From a virus: a stretch of 21,809 nucleotides of DNA. Shown piece by piece: positions 21,329 through 21,809 of this stretch (the first letter of the stretch is position 1; the number at the start of each line of letters is the position of its first letter). The notes beneath the pieces were generated by a model. The model worked only from the letters and a program-made list of their open reading frames with translations, ran no database searches and had not been told where the DNA came from. The stretch is from positions 1-21,809 of IMG/VR virus record IMGVR_UViG_3300045988_138221. The stretch is one strand, 5' to 3'. The position numbers and the translations under genes were made by a program.

Positions 21329-21809
21329 ATGAAAGACGGCAACGGTAACCGTTCTAAGCATTATATAAATGGAGTAAGCCTGTTTAGATATTGTGAAGAA
21401 AAAGGATTAGGCAAAACAGAATACGCTCGTTGTTTATGGCTTATTCACAATAAAAGTATGACTGCGGAGGAAGCCTTAAATTATCATAGACCACCGGCTA
21501 GACAAGACAAGGATTTTATAAGAAAAGTTAATCAAAGAAGGCGTTATGGAATAGATAAAAAATATCTGTATTATCCCGATAAGTTTTTAATAAAAATGGG
21601 ATACCAAAAACAAAGTAAGTATTTTTACAAAGGAAAGAGAATATCCGAAGTTTGCAAAAAGAAAGACATAAATTCTTCTACTGTTTATAATCGAATATTA
21701 AAATATGGTTTGCAGGTCAAAGATGCTATAACTATGACAAGAGAAGAACTTAATCTACTGCTGCACGATGTACTTCGCTGCCTTTACCTCCGAAGTTACC
21801 TTCTTCTAC
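21329..21809 (+). CDS. Repeat-HTH (NUMOD1-like) DNA-binding protein, 3'-partial; open to the window end
   Basis: A 160-codon open frame in very AT-rich DNA, where stops should be frequent. Two similar modules: YINGVSLFRYCEEKGLGKTEYARCLWLI..MTAEEAL and FYKGKRISEVCKKKDINSSTVYNRILKYGLQVKDAIT. No clear SD, so the start is uncertain. Confidence 0.4.
   Translation, partial: MKDGNGNRSKHYINGVSLFRYCEEKGLGKTEYARCLWLIHNKSMTAEEALNYHRPPARQDKDFIRKVNQRRRYGIDKKYLYYPDKFLIKMGYQKQSKYFYKGKRISEVCKKKDINSSTVYNRILKYGLQVKDAITMTREELNLLLHDVLRCLYLRSYLLL

Larger units (their letters stand above)
1..21809 (+). mobile_element. Segment of a contractile-tailed phage/prophage genome (late structural, lysis, recombination and recombinase modules)
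   Basis: Unidirectional, tightly packed + strand ORFs with SD-like sites. Order is the canonical sheath, tube, chaperone(PRF), TMP, baseplate, fibres, followed by holin/endolysin/spanins and exo/RecT. No host housekeeping genes were recognised. Confidence 0.85.

Noticed and set aside
1-21809. Diversity-generating retroelement, retron, or a known defence/anti-defence cassette.
   Set aside because: No reverse transcriptase ORF and no template/variable repeat pair noticed near the fibre genes. RNase H alone does not define such a system.

Overview
The window is one contiguous block of a contractile-tailed (myovirus-type) phage or prophage. Every gene I can support lies on the + strand, and genes are tightly packed with many overlapping stop/start junctions (ATGA, TAATG).

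Gene order:
- 16-1493: small virion or neck proteins.
- 1503-5378: tail sheath, tail tube, a tail assembly chaperone with a textbook A_AAA_AAG -1 frameshift site, and the tape measure protein.
- 5382-10193: baseplate module (hub, gpV-like spike, gpW/gp25-like, baseplate J, gpI-like).
- 10197-12306: first tail-fibre module, including a discoidin-like plus glycine-rich fibre and a chaperone-like gene.
- 12307-13218: a roughly 0.9 kb, almost non-coding island. It holds a 36-aa membrane peptide, a tRNA(CAT), an aberrant tRNA-like gene, a hairpin family with a conserved stem, and an intrinsic terminator.
- 13219-14994: second fibre-like module, whose first gene appears to need a +1 shift at CCC_UAA.
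- 15154-16909: lysis cassette (promoter, holin, SleB-type endolysin, an unexpected 6-TM protein, overlapped i-/o-spanins).
- 17107-17570: an RNase HI-like gene insulated by terminators and preceded by a G8 tract.
- 17574-17681: a promoter and terminator bracketing a candidate sRNA of about 70 nt.
- 17684-20615: recombination module (PD-(D/E)XK exonuclease, RecT, DUF1351-like). Two of these genes have paralogous promoter/operator cassettes.
- 20615-21809: an island that looks lower in GC by eye, with a 38-aa membrane peptide translationally coupled to a small serine recombinase, then a repeat-HTH ORF running off the window.

Limits: all family assignments come from motif recognition and synteny by eye. 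No database search, covariance model or composition calculation was run.

The loci I consider most likely to hide something undescribed are the tRNA/hairpin island (12307-13218), the recoded fibre gene (13219-14071), the insulated RNase H unit, and the serine-recombinase island at the right end.
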